From a virus (lineage: Duplodnaviria > Caudoviricetes), in IMG/VR virus record IMGVR_UViG_3300027707_000037, positions 1-41,315 of that record: a stretch of 41,315 nt of DNA, one strand, 5' to 3'. The first letter of the stretch is position 1, and every line of letters starts with the position of its first letter. A model generated the notes under the pieces. That model had not been told where the DNA came from, did no database searches, and worked only from the letters and a program-made list of their open reading frames with translations. Shown here piece after piece: positions 11,176 to 20,065 of this stretch. Position numbers and translations under genes: made by a program.

Positions 11176-11443
11176 ATCCTTGTTTTGAATCGGTTACACT
11201 TACTCCTTTGTCTATTGCTTCAATATTTTCTTTTTCAGCTTCTATTCTACTTAATATTTCAAAAGCATCAAATATTGCCAATTTTTTTGTTGCTGCTGCA
11301 TTTTTTAATTTATCAGCAGACAAATCATCTCCTTCTATATCAGGTTTCAAAATAAACTCTTCAGCAACTTTAATAAGTTCTTCTACAGCCCTATGACCTG
11401 CCTGAATTATTCTTAATTTTATTGCTTTTGTATCATTGGTCAT
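11153..11443 (-). CDS. Probable terminase small subunit
   Basis: 96 aa helical ORF overlapping the terL start. Confidence 0.5.
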   Translation of the reverse strand: MTNDTKAIKLRIIQAGHRAVEELIKVAEEFILKPDIEGDDLSADKLKNAAATKKLAIFDAFEILSRIEAEKENIEAIDKGVSVTDSKQGFAERRSK

Positions 11444-12003
11444 AGCTTAATAGTAATTTGATGGTCATACATTCTGTATAATTTCTCTCCATCAACATCA
11501 AACTCATATTCACTGTCAGGAGAAAAACATACGTGGTCTCCTTCCTTTATACCACGACTAATAAGATAGTCATTTGGGTATTTCATCACTCCCATCAATG
11601 GTTCTTCAGAAAAAGGTTTTTTTATATAAGACTCAACTACCGGCATCGGTTTTACAAAACAGTATTTATCATATGCGTTCCACGTGCAACCTTTCTTATA
11701 AAGGAAAAACTGCTCAGCATCAATAAGAAATACATCGTCTCTAAAAAACGACCTACCACTTTTTTGATTGCCCTTCATATCATTATAAAACTTAAATGCA
11801 TTATGATGCACAAGCAAGATGTCTCCTTTCTCTATAGGACCATCATATCTTGCCGGCAATTCTAAAACTTCAGCATATCTATTAGCAAACTTATGGTCTT
11901 CTTCAGATGTGCTTACAATAACTTCAACTCCTGAAATATCTCTTGTATTATCGTACCTTTTGCCATTTAATGGCTTAACTATAAAATAGAACGGAGACTT
12001 CAT
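11440..12003 (-). CDS. GroES-like protein with two tandem Cpn10-like halves
   Basis: FIVKP...AEVLELP...IEKGDILLV, then CFVKP...GVMKY...IKEGDHVCF...EFDVDGEKLYRM; each half echoes the GroES strand pattern. Confidence 0.55.
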   Translation of the reverse strand: MKSPFYFIVKPLNGKRYDNTRDISGVEVIVSTSEEDHKFANRYAEVLELPARYDGPIEKGDILLVHHNAFKFYNDMKGNQKSGRSFFRDDVFLIDAEQFFLYKKGCTWNAYDKYCFVKPMPVVESYIKKPFSEEPLMGVMKYPNDYLISRGIKEGDHVCFSPDSEYEFDVDGEKLYRMYDHQITIKL

Positions 12004-12230
12004 TAAAAATTTATATTAAATTCGATTGAAATTGGAATAGTTGGACTAAACCGTTTCCACAAAACTACTTCTTTTTTATCATTAATTATATATATAAGTA
12101 TACAATTTGTCGACTCATCGTGTTTTATTAAGTGTATTTCGTTACTATCCCCAAGGATTTTTTGTCCTACAAGGTAGTGCATTGCACCGTTCTTATAATC
12201 GGGTCCTATTGATATTTTTCTAACATCCAT
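12003..12230 (-). CDS. Hypothetical protein
   Basis: 75 aa, translationally coupled to the next gene. Confidence 0.6.
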   Translation of the reverse strand: MDVRKISIGPDYKNGAMHYLVGQKILGDSNEIHLIKHDESTNCILIYIINDKKEVVLWKRFSPTIPISIEFNINF

Positions 12231-12248
12231 TTTGCTTTTTAATTTTGT

Positions 12249-12551
12249 TTACATTATTGGCTCAATAGGTGTAGGCGGCACATATTCTCCTGTAATTGTT
12301 AAATTTAATTCCGATGCAACCCAATCCCAAGCTACATTATCTGTGTTCCAAGATTGATACGCCTCGCCACTCATAAATAAATTACCTTGCTGTAATAGTT
12401 CGCCACAATTTTCTGTTTCAGTTTCTGCAAATAAAGCCCAATAAAATGTTGCAGATACATTTAATGTTACATTAACAGCATAGGCGTTTAATATTTTGGC
12501 TTCAGTAGTTTTTCCGTTTGACCAAATTGATACAGGTGTTATTGTTTTCAT
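12249..12551 (-). CDS. Hypothetical protein, possible fibre-associated/chaperone protein
   Basis: 100 aa, directly downstream of the fibre gene. Confidence 0.45.
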   Translation of the reverse strand: MKTITPVSIWSNGKTTEAKILNAYAVNVTLNVSATFYWALFAETETENCGELLQQGNLFMSGEAYQSWNTDNVAWDWVASELNLTITGEYVPPTPIEPIM

Positions 12552-12561
12552 TTTAATTTTT

Positions 12562-13653
12562 TTATATTGATGTAATTGTTTCCCATACCGTTGTAAATAC
12601 GCATAGTTTATTTAAAGTTGTATCGTACACCATTAACCCCGCAGCAGGTGTTACAATAGCATTTTTTTGTACTGTTGTCATTCGTGGTGGTAGAAGTCCT
12701 TGTGTTGTACTATTTATTGTTAATGATGTACCAAATATACTACCATTAACATTTAATTTAAAGCCTGTATCGATTGTAGTATTTAATGCTAAATTCCCAT
12801 TGCTAAATAGTGTCATAACTGTAGATGACGAACTTGCTCCTGAACGAAAAAATAATGTATTATAAAAATCAAAATATGCTGAACCTAACGCTGCAACGAG
12901 TTTAATTCTATTGCCTGCGTCTATAACAGTAGGACCACCACTAAAAAAACCTCTACTAAGACCTGTTTTTATATTGCCATCTGCATAGACATCTAAACCA
13001 ATGTTTAAAGCATTAACAATACTTGTAGGACTGCCAATTATTATTTTACTACTTACAGTTATATTGCCTGTCAATCCAATATTAGAAGTTGCTGTATTAC
13101 CTATATTAAGAACTGATTGAAGGTCTTGTACTCCGGCAACATTATTTATCCATTGAATCCCTGTTGACGTTTTAGAAAGTATTTGACCTGTAGTTCCTAA
13201 ATTACCTAATCCATCTTTTATATTACCGGGAATAACTTGTGTTGAGGTAATATTGCCTGTTAATATAATATTTTGAGTTGCAGTATTTCCTGCATTAAGA
13301 ACTTGTTGAATAGTTGCAGGAACACTTGGTCCCCAAGATATTCCTGAAAACGAACGTATTAATACCTCTCCTACAGCCCCTGTAGTATTAAGCCCATCAA
13401 TAATATAAGTTGGCTTAATATTAGTTGAGGTAATATCCCCTGTAAGAAATATGTTTTGAGTTGCAGTATTCCCTGCATTTAAAGTTTGTTGTAGATTACC
13501 AACAGCAGGTAAGGAAGCGAATAAGTTATAAAGTTCTGCTAATGAAAAGTTTTTTGTGGCATTTGGGATAGAACCTCCAACTTCGGTCCCGATTAACATA
13601 TCGCTAAACGAAAGCGGCTGAGTCGCTAAAATATAAGTTTCTATCTTTGCCAT
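12562..13653 (-). CDS. Tail/head fibre protein
   Basis: 363 aa Gly/Thr/Asn-rich; three (L/I)QxxLNxGNTATxNIxLTG repeats; C-terminal GLLPPRMTT...GLMVYDT motif common in flavobacterial fibre proteins. Confidence 0.7.
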   Translation of the reverse strand: MAKIETYILATQPLSFSDMLIGTEVGGSIPNATKNFSLAELYNLFASLPAVGNLQQTLNAGNTATQNIFLTGDITSTNIKPTYIIDGLNTTGAVGEVLIRSFSGISWGPSVPATIQQVLNAGNTATQNIILTGNITSTQVIPGNIKDGLGNLGTTGQILSKTSTGIQWINNVAGVQDLQSVLNIGNTATSNIGLTGNITVSSKIIIGSPTSIVNALNIGLDVYADGNIKTGLSRGFFSGGPTVIDAGNRIKLVAALGSAYFDFYNTLFFRSGASSSSTVMTLFSNGNLALNTTIDTGFKLNVNGSIFGTSLTINSTTQGLLPPRMTTVQKNAIVTPAAGLMVYDTTLNKLCVFTTVWETITSI

Positions 13654-13678
13654 TGGTATTCATTATTTTAAACTTGAT

Positions 13679-13921
13679 TTATAACACAATAGATACTACC
13701 CCAACAGAACTTTTATAAAGTTGTCCTTGAATAAGACCACCTGCTAAAGCAGCAGCATTAGATGCGTAAGTAGGTAAAGTTAATATAGCACTTGGTAATA
13801 AACTTAATAAACTTGATATTGAAAAATTTTTAGTTTCATTACTTGGAGTTACATCAGTACCAATTAACTTATCATTTAATGTAGGTGTTGATAAAACTGT
13901 ATATGTACTAATCTTTGCCAT
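13679..13921 (-). CDS. Short fibre-like virion protein
   Basis: 80 aa; N-terminus MAKI.TY...D.LIGT...TKNFS shared with 12562..13653. Confidence 0.55.
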   Translation of the reverse strand: MAKISTYTVLSTPTLNDKLIGTDVTPSNETKNFSISSLLSLLPSAILTLPTYASNAAALAGGLIQGQLYKSSVGVVSIVL

Positions 13922-13937
13922 TTTTTTTAGTTTAAAG

Positions 13938-14174
13938 TTAATCTTCTTTTTTTGTTACTTCTCCTGTTTGAACATTAATAACAGAATCTTGACCATATTT
14001 TGCAATCAAATCTATCTCGTGTTTAGAAAAATCTGCTCTCAATACCTCGATTGCTTTTAAAATATTATGCTTTTGCATTTCTAAATCTCCAATAGCCAAT
14101 TTAGCTTTTGTAAATTCATTGTTCATTTCTTGGATTTTACCAAGTTCTTCTTGTGATAATAGTGTTTTTTCCAT
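13938..14174 (-). CDS. Hypothetical coiled-coil protein
   Basis: 78 aa ending in KYG...INVQTGE. Confidence 0.6.
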   Translation of the reverse strand: MEKTLLSQEELGKIQEMNNEFTKAKLAIGDLEMQKHNILKAIEVLRADFSKHEIDLIAKYGQDSVINVQTGEVTKKED

Positions 14175-14197
14175 TTTTATTTGATTTTATTTTTTTA

Positions 14198-14205
14198 CAA
14201 ATATA
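14198..14205 (-). promoter_or_regulatory. Bacteroidota -7 element (TATATTTG)
   Basis: Intergenic TAnnTTTG upstream of 14174. Confidence 0.55.
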
Positions 14206-14211
14206 GCATTT

Positions 14212-14685
14212 TTATGGATGTACATTCTTTTTAATAGCACTTCCGAAGTAGTAACCAAAAATAGATAGCACAACGCCTTCTGAAATTCCAATAAGATGTA
14301 TCCATATTTCTTTATTTGGGTCAGGTATTTGAAGGAATACAATGGCATAAACTATAAAACAAAATATGCCAAGCCCCACAAGTCCCGTTAAGTAAAAAAG
14401 GAAGTCAAACTTCCCTGTTTTTGTTATCTCAACTTCTCTTAATCTTGCAGATTCTCTATCCTTCACTTCTAACTCAAATATCCGAATTGATTCCTCTAAT
14501 TCTTCTAAGGCAGTTGCTTTATCTTCAGCAGACAATTCATCAGATGAACTGATGATGTTTTTTACAAATCCAAATACCCCATTAGAAGGAAGTACATCTC
14601 CAACACTATCTAATATCTTAGGGGCTTTCTGAGTTAGGAACTTGCCTACTTTTGTGTCTCTAAATTTCTTTTTTTTGTCCGGCAT
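14212..14685 (-). CDS. Holin-like membrane protein
   Basis: DRESARLRE followed by two TM segments ending GYYFGS; adjacent to the endolysin. Confidence 0.65.
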   Translation of the reverse strand: MPDKKKKFRDTKVGKFLTQKAPKILDSVGDVLPSNGVFGFVKNIISSSDELSAEDKATALEELEESIRIFELEVKDRESARLREVEITKTGKFDFLFYLTGLVGLGIFCFIVYAIVFLQIPDPNKEIWIHLIGISEGVVLSIFGYYFGSAIKKNVHP

Positions 14686-14686
14686 A

Positions 14687-15103
14687 TTATATTGATTTTA
14701 ATTGGAAGTGCATCCCATCTTTTCTTTTCCAAGTTCCACCCCAATCAAATCCTGCATCTATAAAACATTTTACAAATCCTGCAGATAGTTGTGGAGTCAT
14801 ATTCAATCCATTCCAAGCAGCATTTACATCAATAGCTATACCCCAAGAATGTAAACTCATAGAATTAAGCCCACGCTTTTTACGAATATTAAAACATCCA
14901 TCAAAAGTTTTTAACTCTTTTACAAATCCTGTATCTATAAGATTTTTAAATGCTTGAGATAATGGAGCAACCATATCTTTATTGCAATAAAGTTTTTTAG
15001 GAATAACGCCTACTTCTAAATTAGTAGGAACATCCCATACAACCATACTGCGTTCTAAAGTAGGGTCTCCGTATTTTTTTAATGCTTGTGCTGATGTTAC
15101 CAT
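14687..15103 (-). CDS. Endolysin, peptidase M15 family (L-Ala-D-Glu/D-Ala-D-Ala type)
   Basis: SLHSWGIAIDVN (SxHxxxxAxD) and WGGTWKRKDGMHFQL zinc-ligand motifs. Confidence 0.85.
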   Translation of the reverse strand: MVTSAQALKKYGDPTLERSMVVWDVPTNLEVGVIPKKLYCNKDMVAPLSQAFKNLIDTGFVKELKTFDGCFNIRKKRGLNSMSLHSWGIAIDVNAAWNGLNMTPQLSAGFVKCFIDAGFDWGGTWKRKDGMHFQLKSI

Positions 15104-15234
15104 TATCTTCCTTGTCCTTTATATGTTTTTTTATATAACTTACTTGATTTTAACGTGCTCGTTTTATTTTTAGCCGCTACGCCTTTTTTCTTTGCTTTAT
15201 TTTTGAAAGTAGAGTCTGTTGATACTTTTGCCAT
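15103..15234 (-). CDS. Small basic protein (43 aa)
   Basis: Translated by hand: MAKVSTDSTFKNKAKKKGVAAKNKTSTLKSSKLYKKTYKGQGR; start and stop coupled to both neighbours. Confidence 0.7.
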   Translation of the reverse strand: MAKVSTDSTFKNKAKKKGVAAKNKTSTLKSSKLYKKTYKGQGR

Positions 15235-15527
15235 TAATTTGAAGTTAAAAAGTCAATAATTACTTTTAATGCTCCAATTCCAATTAATGTGACAAGAGCA
15301 TAAAAATAGGCTTTGTATTTTCTTAATTGGTCTTTAATCTCATCCAACTCAGCTTTCATTTTTTTAAAATCACTCAATAATCCTCCTGAGTTTTTGTCAA
15401 TAGGATTTCCGGCTAATAAGGTGTATATATCCTTAAGCATAGTTTTCATTTCAGACACCTCTTTGTTTATTGTTTCTAATTCTTGTGACATTGAATCAAG
15501 TCTGATATTTTCGTTAGTTGTGCTCAT
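15234..15527 (-). CDS. Coiled-coil protein with C-terminal TM (lysis accessory candidate)
   Basis: Likely start MSTTNENIRL at 15527; C-terminal YFYALVTLIGIGAL hydrophobic helix. Confidence 0.55.
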   Translation of the reverse strand: MSTTNENIRLDSMSQELETINKEVSEMKTMLKDIYTLLAGNPIDKNSGGLLSDFKKMKAELDEIKDQLRKYKAYFYALVTLIGIGALKVIIDFLTSN

Positions 15528-15538
15528 TTTTATTTTAT

Positions 15539-16252
15539 TTAACCACAATTATCATTTTGTGCGTAACAACGAAAAGTTGTACCACTATCTTTAAGGAAAT
15601 AATTATAACTACAACCTTCATTATCGCTATAAGGAGTTGTATGTCCAAATGTAGTAGATGTTACTACATCTCCTGAAAAATTTGCAGTATGAAGACCTAT
15701 ATCTTCTCCGAAATCATATACAACAAAATCCCCTAAATTAAACCCTGATTCGCCCTCCATATCATAATTATTTATTACAATACTACCACTCACAAATAAG
15801 TCTCCTTCCTCTCCGTCTCCATACGTATAAAAAATACTAAAATCATAGTTATAAGTTAATGCGAGATAATCATCTTCAGATGTAAGGTTGTTAGGTCCAA
15901 TATTATTTCCTTGTAAACGAATTAAAATTTGATTCCCTGATGGGATAAGTACAGGTGCAAAATTAATATCAGATAGGTTACATAGTCCTTCTTGATTTGC
16001 TCCTGTTGCAGTTAACGCAAATCCAATATTAACTCCTTCTGTAACTGTACCCACATATCCATACCCCGGTTGCCCGTCTGCTACAAAAGTAACCATATCT
16101 TTTACAACTAATGTTCCTATTGGATAACTTGCAGAATCAAACGCACCATAAATTCCAATACAATCATTTACACTATAATACTCTGTTGCAGGCAAAGGTG
16201 TGCCTCCGCTATTACTGCTTGAACCTATACTATTTGAGATTGCTATATACAT
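15539..16252 (-). CDS. Acidic virion/fibre-like protein
   Basis: 237 aa, N-terminus MYIAISNSIG + Gly/Ser linker, beta-rich and acidic. Confidence 0.5.
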   Translation of the reverse strand: MYIAISNSIGSSSNSGGTPLPATEYYSVNDCIGIYGAFDSASYPIGTLVVKDMVTFVADGQPGYGYVGTVTEGVNIGFALTATGANQEGLCNLSDINFAPVLIPSGNQILIRLQGNNIGPNNLTSEDDYLALTYNYDFSIFYTYGDGEEGDLFVSGSIVINNYDMEGESGFNLGDFVVYDFGEDIGLHTANFSGDVVTSTTFGHTTPYSDNEGCSYNYFLKDSGTTFRCYAQNDNCG

Positions 16253-16253
16253 A

Positions 16254-16739
16254 TTACCAAAGTGCTATAATGTTAGTACAAGTAGTTCCTGTTGTAAATA
16301 CTTTAATAACATTTACAGGGAAGAATGTACCTGCTTGAATACCTACAAATGTAACTATATCATTTCCACTTGTAGCAACTTTTATATCCCCTGCTCCACC
16401 AATATATAAAACAGCCCCTTGATTACTGAATCCTGTTTGAGATGATTCCTGATAAATAATATAATTAACAGGGGTTGTAAGAAAAATATCTGCATTTAAT
16501 AAAATTGTAGTTGAATTTGTAACAGATATAACTGTTGCCGCAGTGTTATTAGTGGTATTATAAACAATATCTCCCGGAGCAACATTATAAAATATAAAAT
16601 TTCCATTATTATCTTTTAATCTATTAGCCTGAACACCTGTATTCGTACCTGCCCGTGCAACATTAATAAAAGGAATATTTGCATTATCAGAAGGTAATAC
16701 CTTTAGTGCTCTTGTTGGTTGTAATTTTTGAGTTGCCAT
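16254..16739 (-). CDS. Small virion protein (head decoration/fibre base-like)
   Basis: LYIGGAGDIKV...GTFFPVNVIKVFTTGTT...IIALW motif, with an internal inserted domain. Confidence 0.55.
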   Translation of the reverse strand: MATQKLQPTRALKVLPSDNANIPFINVARAGTNTGVQANRLKDNNGNFIFYNVAPGDIVYNTTNNTAATVISVTNSTTILLNADIFLTTPVNYIIYQESSQTGFSNQGAVLYIGGAGDIKVATSGNDIVTFVGIQAGTFFPVNVIKVFTTGTTCTNIIALW

Positions 16740-16742
16740 TGT

Positions 16743-16949
16743 TTATTTTTTATTGTTATTATAAAAGACTTTGTTGATTAGTAAATTAGGATTATTCAAG
16801 CGTTGTTTCCTTTCCTCACACCCACAGTCCTTCCCTGTTGCATCGCTAACTGCTTCTACAACTTTTTTTATTCCGGTTGCTGTCGTAATCTTTTCAATTG
16901 TATCTCCAAGACCTTGACTCTTCCATTTACTACGATGAATAATTGCCAT
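16743..16949 (-). CDS. Hypothetical protein (GLGDTIEK...DCGCEERK family)
   Basis: 68 aa; motif seen in Bacteroidota phages. Confidence 0.6.
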   Translation of the reverse strand: MAIIHRSKWKSQGLGDTIEKITTATGIKKVVEAVSDATGKDCGCEERKQRLNNPNLLINKVFYNNNKK

Positions 16950-16950
16950 A

Positions 16951-17136
16951 TTACCCTATAAAATTTTCCGCTTTTACACGACCAATTAATGCAATCACTA
17001 ATCCAACTACTTCAACTATCTCAGATGAAACATCAGGGATAACTGTATTAAAAAATGTTTTAGAAATTAACCCTACTCCTGCAATAATAATTCCTAAAAT
17101 TGTTTTTGATAAATACCAAGGTTTAATGTTTTTCAT
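16951..17136 (-). CDS. Small 2-TM holin-like protein
   Basis: KPWYLSKTILG start followed by two hydrophobic helices. Confidence 0.55.
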   Translation of the reverse strand: MKNIKPWYLSKTILGIIIAGVGLISKTFFNTVIPDVSSEIVEVVGLVIALIGRVKAENFIG

Positions 17137-17156
17137 TTTTTTTGTTTTTTATTTTA

Positions 17157-17164
17157 CAAATATA
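17157..17164 (-). promoter_or_regulatory. Bacteroidota -7 element (TATATTTG)
   Basis: TAnnTTTG upstream of 17136. Confidence 0.55.
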
Positions 17165-17434
17165 TCAAATTTTATAGACTCTTTTTGCAACATTATTCAT
17201 TCTGTCAAACTCCAAATCTTCAGGAGACATCTTCAATCTTTTAGAAGTCCTGTCTATAGCCCTTTCATTAGCAGTCATAGAATTTCTTTTTACCCCTTGA
17301 GGTGTAAAAGTTTTCCCGTCTGACATCAGATGACCTCGCTTTTGTAAAATAGATATTGCCTTTTTCTTGTCTCCTACTTGAGAAGCAAGTCTATTAATCA
17401 ACTCTCCTTTACCCGTAAAGTCAATACTTTTCAT
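17165..17434 (-). CDS. Small basic hypothetical protein
   Basis: 89 aa ORF in a coupled operon. Confidence 0.6.
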   Translation of the reverse strand: MKSIDFTGKGELINRLASQVGDKKKAISILQKRGHLMSDGKTFTPQGVKRNSMTANERAIDRTSKRLKMSPEDLEFDRMNNVAKRVYKI

Positions 17435-17634
17435 TAGTATTTTTTTGACATTCTAATTGCACGGTCTTCAACTTTAGCGGCTCTTCCAAAAAGTCTATCA
17501 GCCTTTTTTTCTCTACCTTCATCTACAGCCTGCTTTGCTTTATCAACCAACTTATTTTCTTTTCTTCTAAGTTTATTTGCCTTTTTTTCTGTGTATTCAA
17601 AAAATGTAGGTGCTAATGGATAATCTCTGTTCAT
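17434..17634 (-). CDS. Small basic protein with RDYPLAPT leader
   Basis: 66 aa, Lys/Arg-rich. Confidence 0.6.
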   Translation of the reverse strand: MNRDYPLAPTFFEYTEKKANKLRRKENKLVDKAKQAVDEGREKKADRLFGRAAKVEDRAIRMSKKY

Positions 17635-17674
17635 AATTTACTTTTTTAGTTTATATTTAAAATATTTATTATAT

Positions 17675-17899
17675 CTATCTTTTTTTCTTTATTGGGCTAC
17701 TAACATTTCCTTTTAAGAATTTCATCTTCCCATCTAATGAACTTTTAGATTCATACTGTTTTGCTTTACTAACTATTTTTTTTTCTTGCTTAAGCATTTG
17801 TGGTGTAGGCTTTTTACCTGAACCTTTTGCTGCTCTAATGTTATCCCAAAGTCCTCTTGGAGATACAGAACCGTCTTTTCTTTTAATCATTTGTTTCAT
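17675..17899 (-). CDS. Small basic protein
   Basis: 74 aa, GLWDNIRAAKGSGKKPT. Confidence 0.6.
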   Translation of the reverse strand: MKQMIKRKDGSVSPRGLWDNIRAAKGSGKKPTPQMLKQEKKIVSKAKQYESKSSLDGKMKFLKGNVSSPIKKKR

Positions 17900-18423
17900 T
17901 ATTGTTTCATATTTTTAAAAGATAATTTATTAGTTTCCTCTACACTTGATGGTCTTTGAGCAGAAGAAACCTCTTTAATTACATCTCCTTGAAAATTCTT
18001 TAACTGAGCCTTCATTCCCGGAAAACGAGTCTGCGTTAAGTGTTGACCAACATAATTAGGATTACTTGTTTTTTCATTAGCCACAATGTGACTCATAAAA
18101 TTTTCAGCAGTAACTCCTGTTCCAAAAGCTATCTTACCTGCTTTTTGGTCTTTTATTCCTTGGTCTCTCATTTCCTTATAGGCTTGCCTTATAACAGGAA
18201 TATCTTTTTCAGATAATTTTGCATCAGCAGTCTCAGCCAAATACTGTTTAAATAATTTATTGCCTACCCCTTTTTTATCCAATTCAGGCTTCCCCTTCAT
18301 ACCTTTTTTATCTAACCAATCCAAATACTTATTCCAATTGGTTTTTAATTCATCACTAATAGCAACAGGATTTTCAGGGTCCTTTGTTGTTGTTTTTACT
18401 TTTAAAGAATTTGACTTTGCCAT
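17899..18423 (-). CDS. Hypothetical protein
   Basis: 174 aa, Lys-rich. Confidence 0.6.
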   Translation of the reverse strand: MAKSNSLKVKTTTKDPENPVAISDELKTNWNKYLDWLDKKGMKGKPELDKKGVGNKLFKQYLAETADAKLSEKDIPVIRQAYKEMRDQGIKDQKAGKIAFGTGVTAENFMSHIVANEKTSNPNYVGQHLTQTRFPGMKAQLKNFQGDVIKEVSSAQRPSSVEETNKLSFKNMKQ

Positions 18424-18427
18424 AACT

Positions 18428-18718
18428 TTAGTATTTACCTTTACGATTTTTAGGATTTGATGTTGTTGAACCTCCCGGTCCCTTCCATAAATAACTACAA
18501 GCCCAATGACGTGGAGTTAATTTATCTGTTGCACTATCGCATCCGTGCCTTGCACGAAAAGATTTACGTGCCGCAGCAGAATAATTATTGCCGTAACCCT
18601 TTGCCCCAAAGTGGAGGAGTTTCTCCTCCCCATTGGAACAGGCTTTTACCATCATCTTCTTCCCTGCTTTATCAGAAGAGACAGGACGATTGCATTTCAT
18701 TTTTGACTTGTCAGCCAT
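18428..18718 (-). CDS. Basic hypothetical protein (HFGAKGY...RKSFRARH..C...WAC family)
   Basis: 96 aa; motif pattern recurrent in uncultured phage proteins. Confidence 0.6.
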   Translation of the reverse strand: MADKSKMKCNRPVSSDKAGKKMMVKACSNGEEKLLHFGAKGYGNNYSAAARKSFRARHGCDSATDKLTPRHWACSYLWKGPGGSTTSNPKNRKGKY

Positions 18719-18723
18719 TACAC

Positions 18724-18897
18724 TTAATTAATAGGTGTAGTAAAATCTCTACTTGAGTGACCCGGGTCAATTTTTTCAGGAGCAGGCTCGTTCAATATTT
18801 GAGTAACATTTACTCCTACAGGACTAACCTCAGGAGTTGTTTCTTCAACTAATCCTGATGTAGTAGTAGTCTCTTCTGTTGTTTTTTTAGTAGCCAT
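18724..18897 (-). CDS. Small acidic Thr/Glu-rich protein (57 aa)
   Basis: Translated by hand: MATKKTTEETTTTSGLVEETTPEVSPVGVNVTQILNEPAPEKIDPGHSSRDFTTPIN; fills the gap, A-rich leader. Confidence 0.6.
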   Translation of the reverse strand: MATKKTTEETTTTSGLVEETTPEVSPVGVNVTQILNEPAPEKIDPGHSSRDFTTPIN

Positions 18898-18915
18898 TTT
18901 TTTATTTTTTATTAA

Positions 18916-19128
18916 TTAACAATAAGGATTTGAACCCTTCATACCTGTTTTACCCTTTGCAGTATTTGTGATTTTAGATGCAACGCCACCTTGCTTAATT
19001 GAAGCAGTAGCTTTACCATTTTTCATACCACCATACTTAGAGATTTCTTTACTTAAATTGCCACCCGTAGTAGGCATCTGCATTCTTGAAGAAGCAGGTA
19101 AGTTCGGAGTAGCTGTAATTTTTGCCAT
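18916..19128 (-). CDS. Small basic protein with TPNLPASSRMQMP motif
   Basis: 70 aa, Gly/Lys-rich. Confidence 0.65.
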   Translation of the reverse strand: MAKITATPNLPASSRMQMPTTGGNLSKEISKYGGMKNGKATASIKQGGVASKITNTAKGKTGMKGSNPYC

Positions 19129-19134
19129 TTTAAT

Positions 19135-19287
19135 TTATTTTTTTTTGATAAATGATTTAACAGCACCTTTAACAGCACCTTTAACGGCACCTTTTAATGC
19201 TCCTTTAATTGCAGGCTTGTTAGCTGCAGCCGGCATCTTCATTCTTGAAGAAGCGGGTAAACTTGGGGTTGATTTAGCTTTTGCCAT
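19135..19287 (-). CDS. Small basic protein (50 aa) with TPSLPASSRMKMP motif and KGAV repeats
   Basis: Translated by hand: MAKAKSTPSLPASSRMKMPAAANKPAIKGALKGAVKGAVKGAVKSFIKKK; paralogue of the downstream gene. Confidence 0.7.
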   Translation of the reverse strand: MAKAKSTPSLPASSRMKMPAAANKPAIKGALKGAVKGAVKGAVKSFIKKK

Positions 19288-19320
19288 TGTTTTTTATTTT
19301 TAATGTTTATTGAAATTTTT

Positions 19321-19413
19321 TTAAAATTTGCCCCATTGGGATTTATCTCTATTTTGTTCGGCAATTTTAATACCTAACCAAATATCTTTAAAAAATTGTT
19401 TTATTTTGTTCAT
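19321..19413 (-). CDS. Possible 30-aa peptide
   Basis: MNKIKQFFKDIWLGIKIAEQNRDKSQWGKF; fills a gap. Confidence 0.4.
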   Translation of the reverse strand: MNKIKQFFKDIWLGIKIAEQNRDKSQWGKF

Positions 19414-19452
19414 AATACTAAAATATAAATAAAATTTTTTAAAGATGTTTAG

Positions 19453-19797
19453 TTAATTTCTTTTTATTACTCTATTCATTTTTCTTTCAGCTTTATTCCC
19501 TTCAATAATTTTATACCTATCTTGATTCTCACTTTTCTTATGAACTTGAAGTAATTTATTCCCTTCTTTTTCAGAGTAAAAGTAATCTTTTACTTTTGAA
19601 TTTGGTTTCTGAATAGAAAGATTTTTTGCTTTATCTCCATTACTATTTAAGTTTTCAGAGTAATCTTTAAATTTTTGTCTAACATCATTAACTCCTTTTT
19701 GATACGTTCTTTGTTCAGTTAATGATTTTACAGACACACTGTTTTTTATATTATCAATATCCTTATTTTTTGCTGCTATTTTATCGTAGTCGGGCAT
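19453..19797 (-). CDS. Basic hypothetical protein
   Basis: 114 aa, Lys/Asn-rich. Confidence 0.55.
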   Translation of the reverse strand: MPDYDKIAAKNKDIDNIKNSVSVKSLTEQRTYQKGVNDVRQKFKDYSENLNSNGDKAKNLSIQKPNSKVKDYFYSEKEGNKLLQVHKKSENQDRYKIIEGNKAERKMNRVIKRN

Positions 19798-19822
19798 ACT
19801 ATAAAGTTTTTTTATTAATAAC

Positions 19823-20047
19823 CTATTGAATCTTGTTTTTTCCTAATCCTTGTAATCCTTGTAATCCTGAAATTCTACTTGCCATACTTGGACCTCTTTT
19901 AGCTTTTGAAGCAGCAATTTGTTGCTTTAACTTACTCTCCCTATTTGCTATAGCAGCTTTTCTATCTGAAGTAAACTTTGCATTATTTATATCAGATATT
20001 TCCTGTGCAAGTGTTTTTGGGTTTTCCTCTATTTTTTCTTTTGGCAT
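19823..20047 (-). CDS. Small basic protein ending in GLQGLQGLG repeat
   Basis: 74 aa. Confidence 0.6.
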   Translation of the reverse strand: MPKEKIEENPKTLAQEISDINNAKFTSDRKAAIANRESKLKQQIAASKAKRGPSMASRISGLQGLQGLGKNKIQ

Positions 20048-20065
20048 TTTATATAATTAAATTAT

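Noticed and set aside
12562-13653. Diversity-generating retroelement target
   Set aside because: Repeats are in-frame protein repeats; no reverse transcriptase or template repeat in the window.
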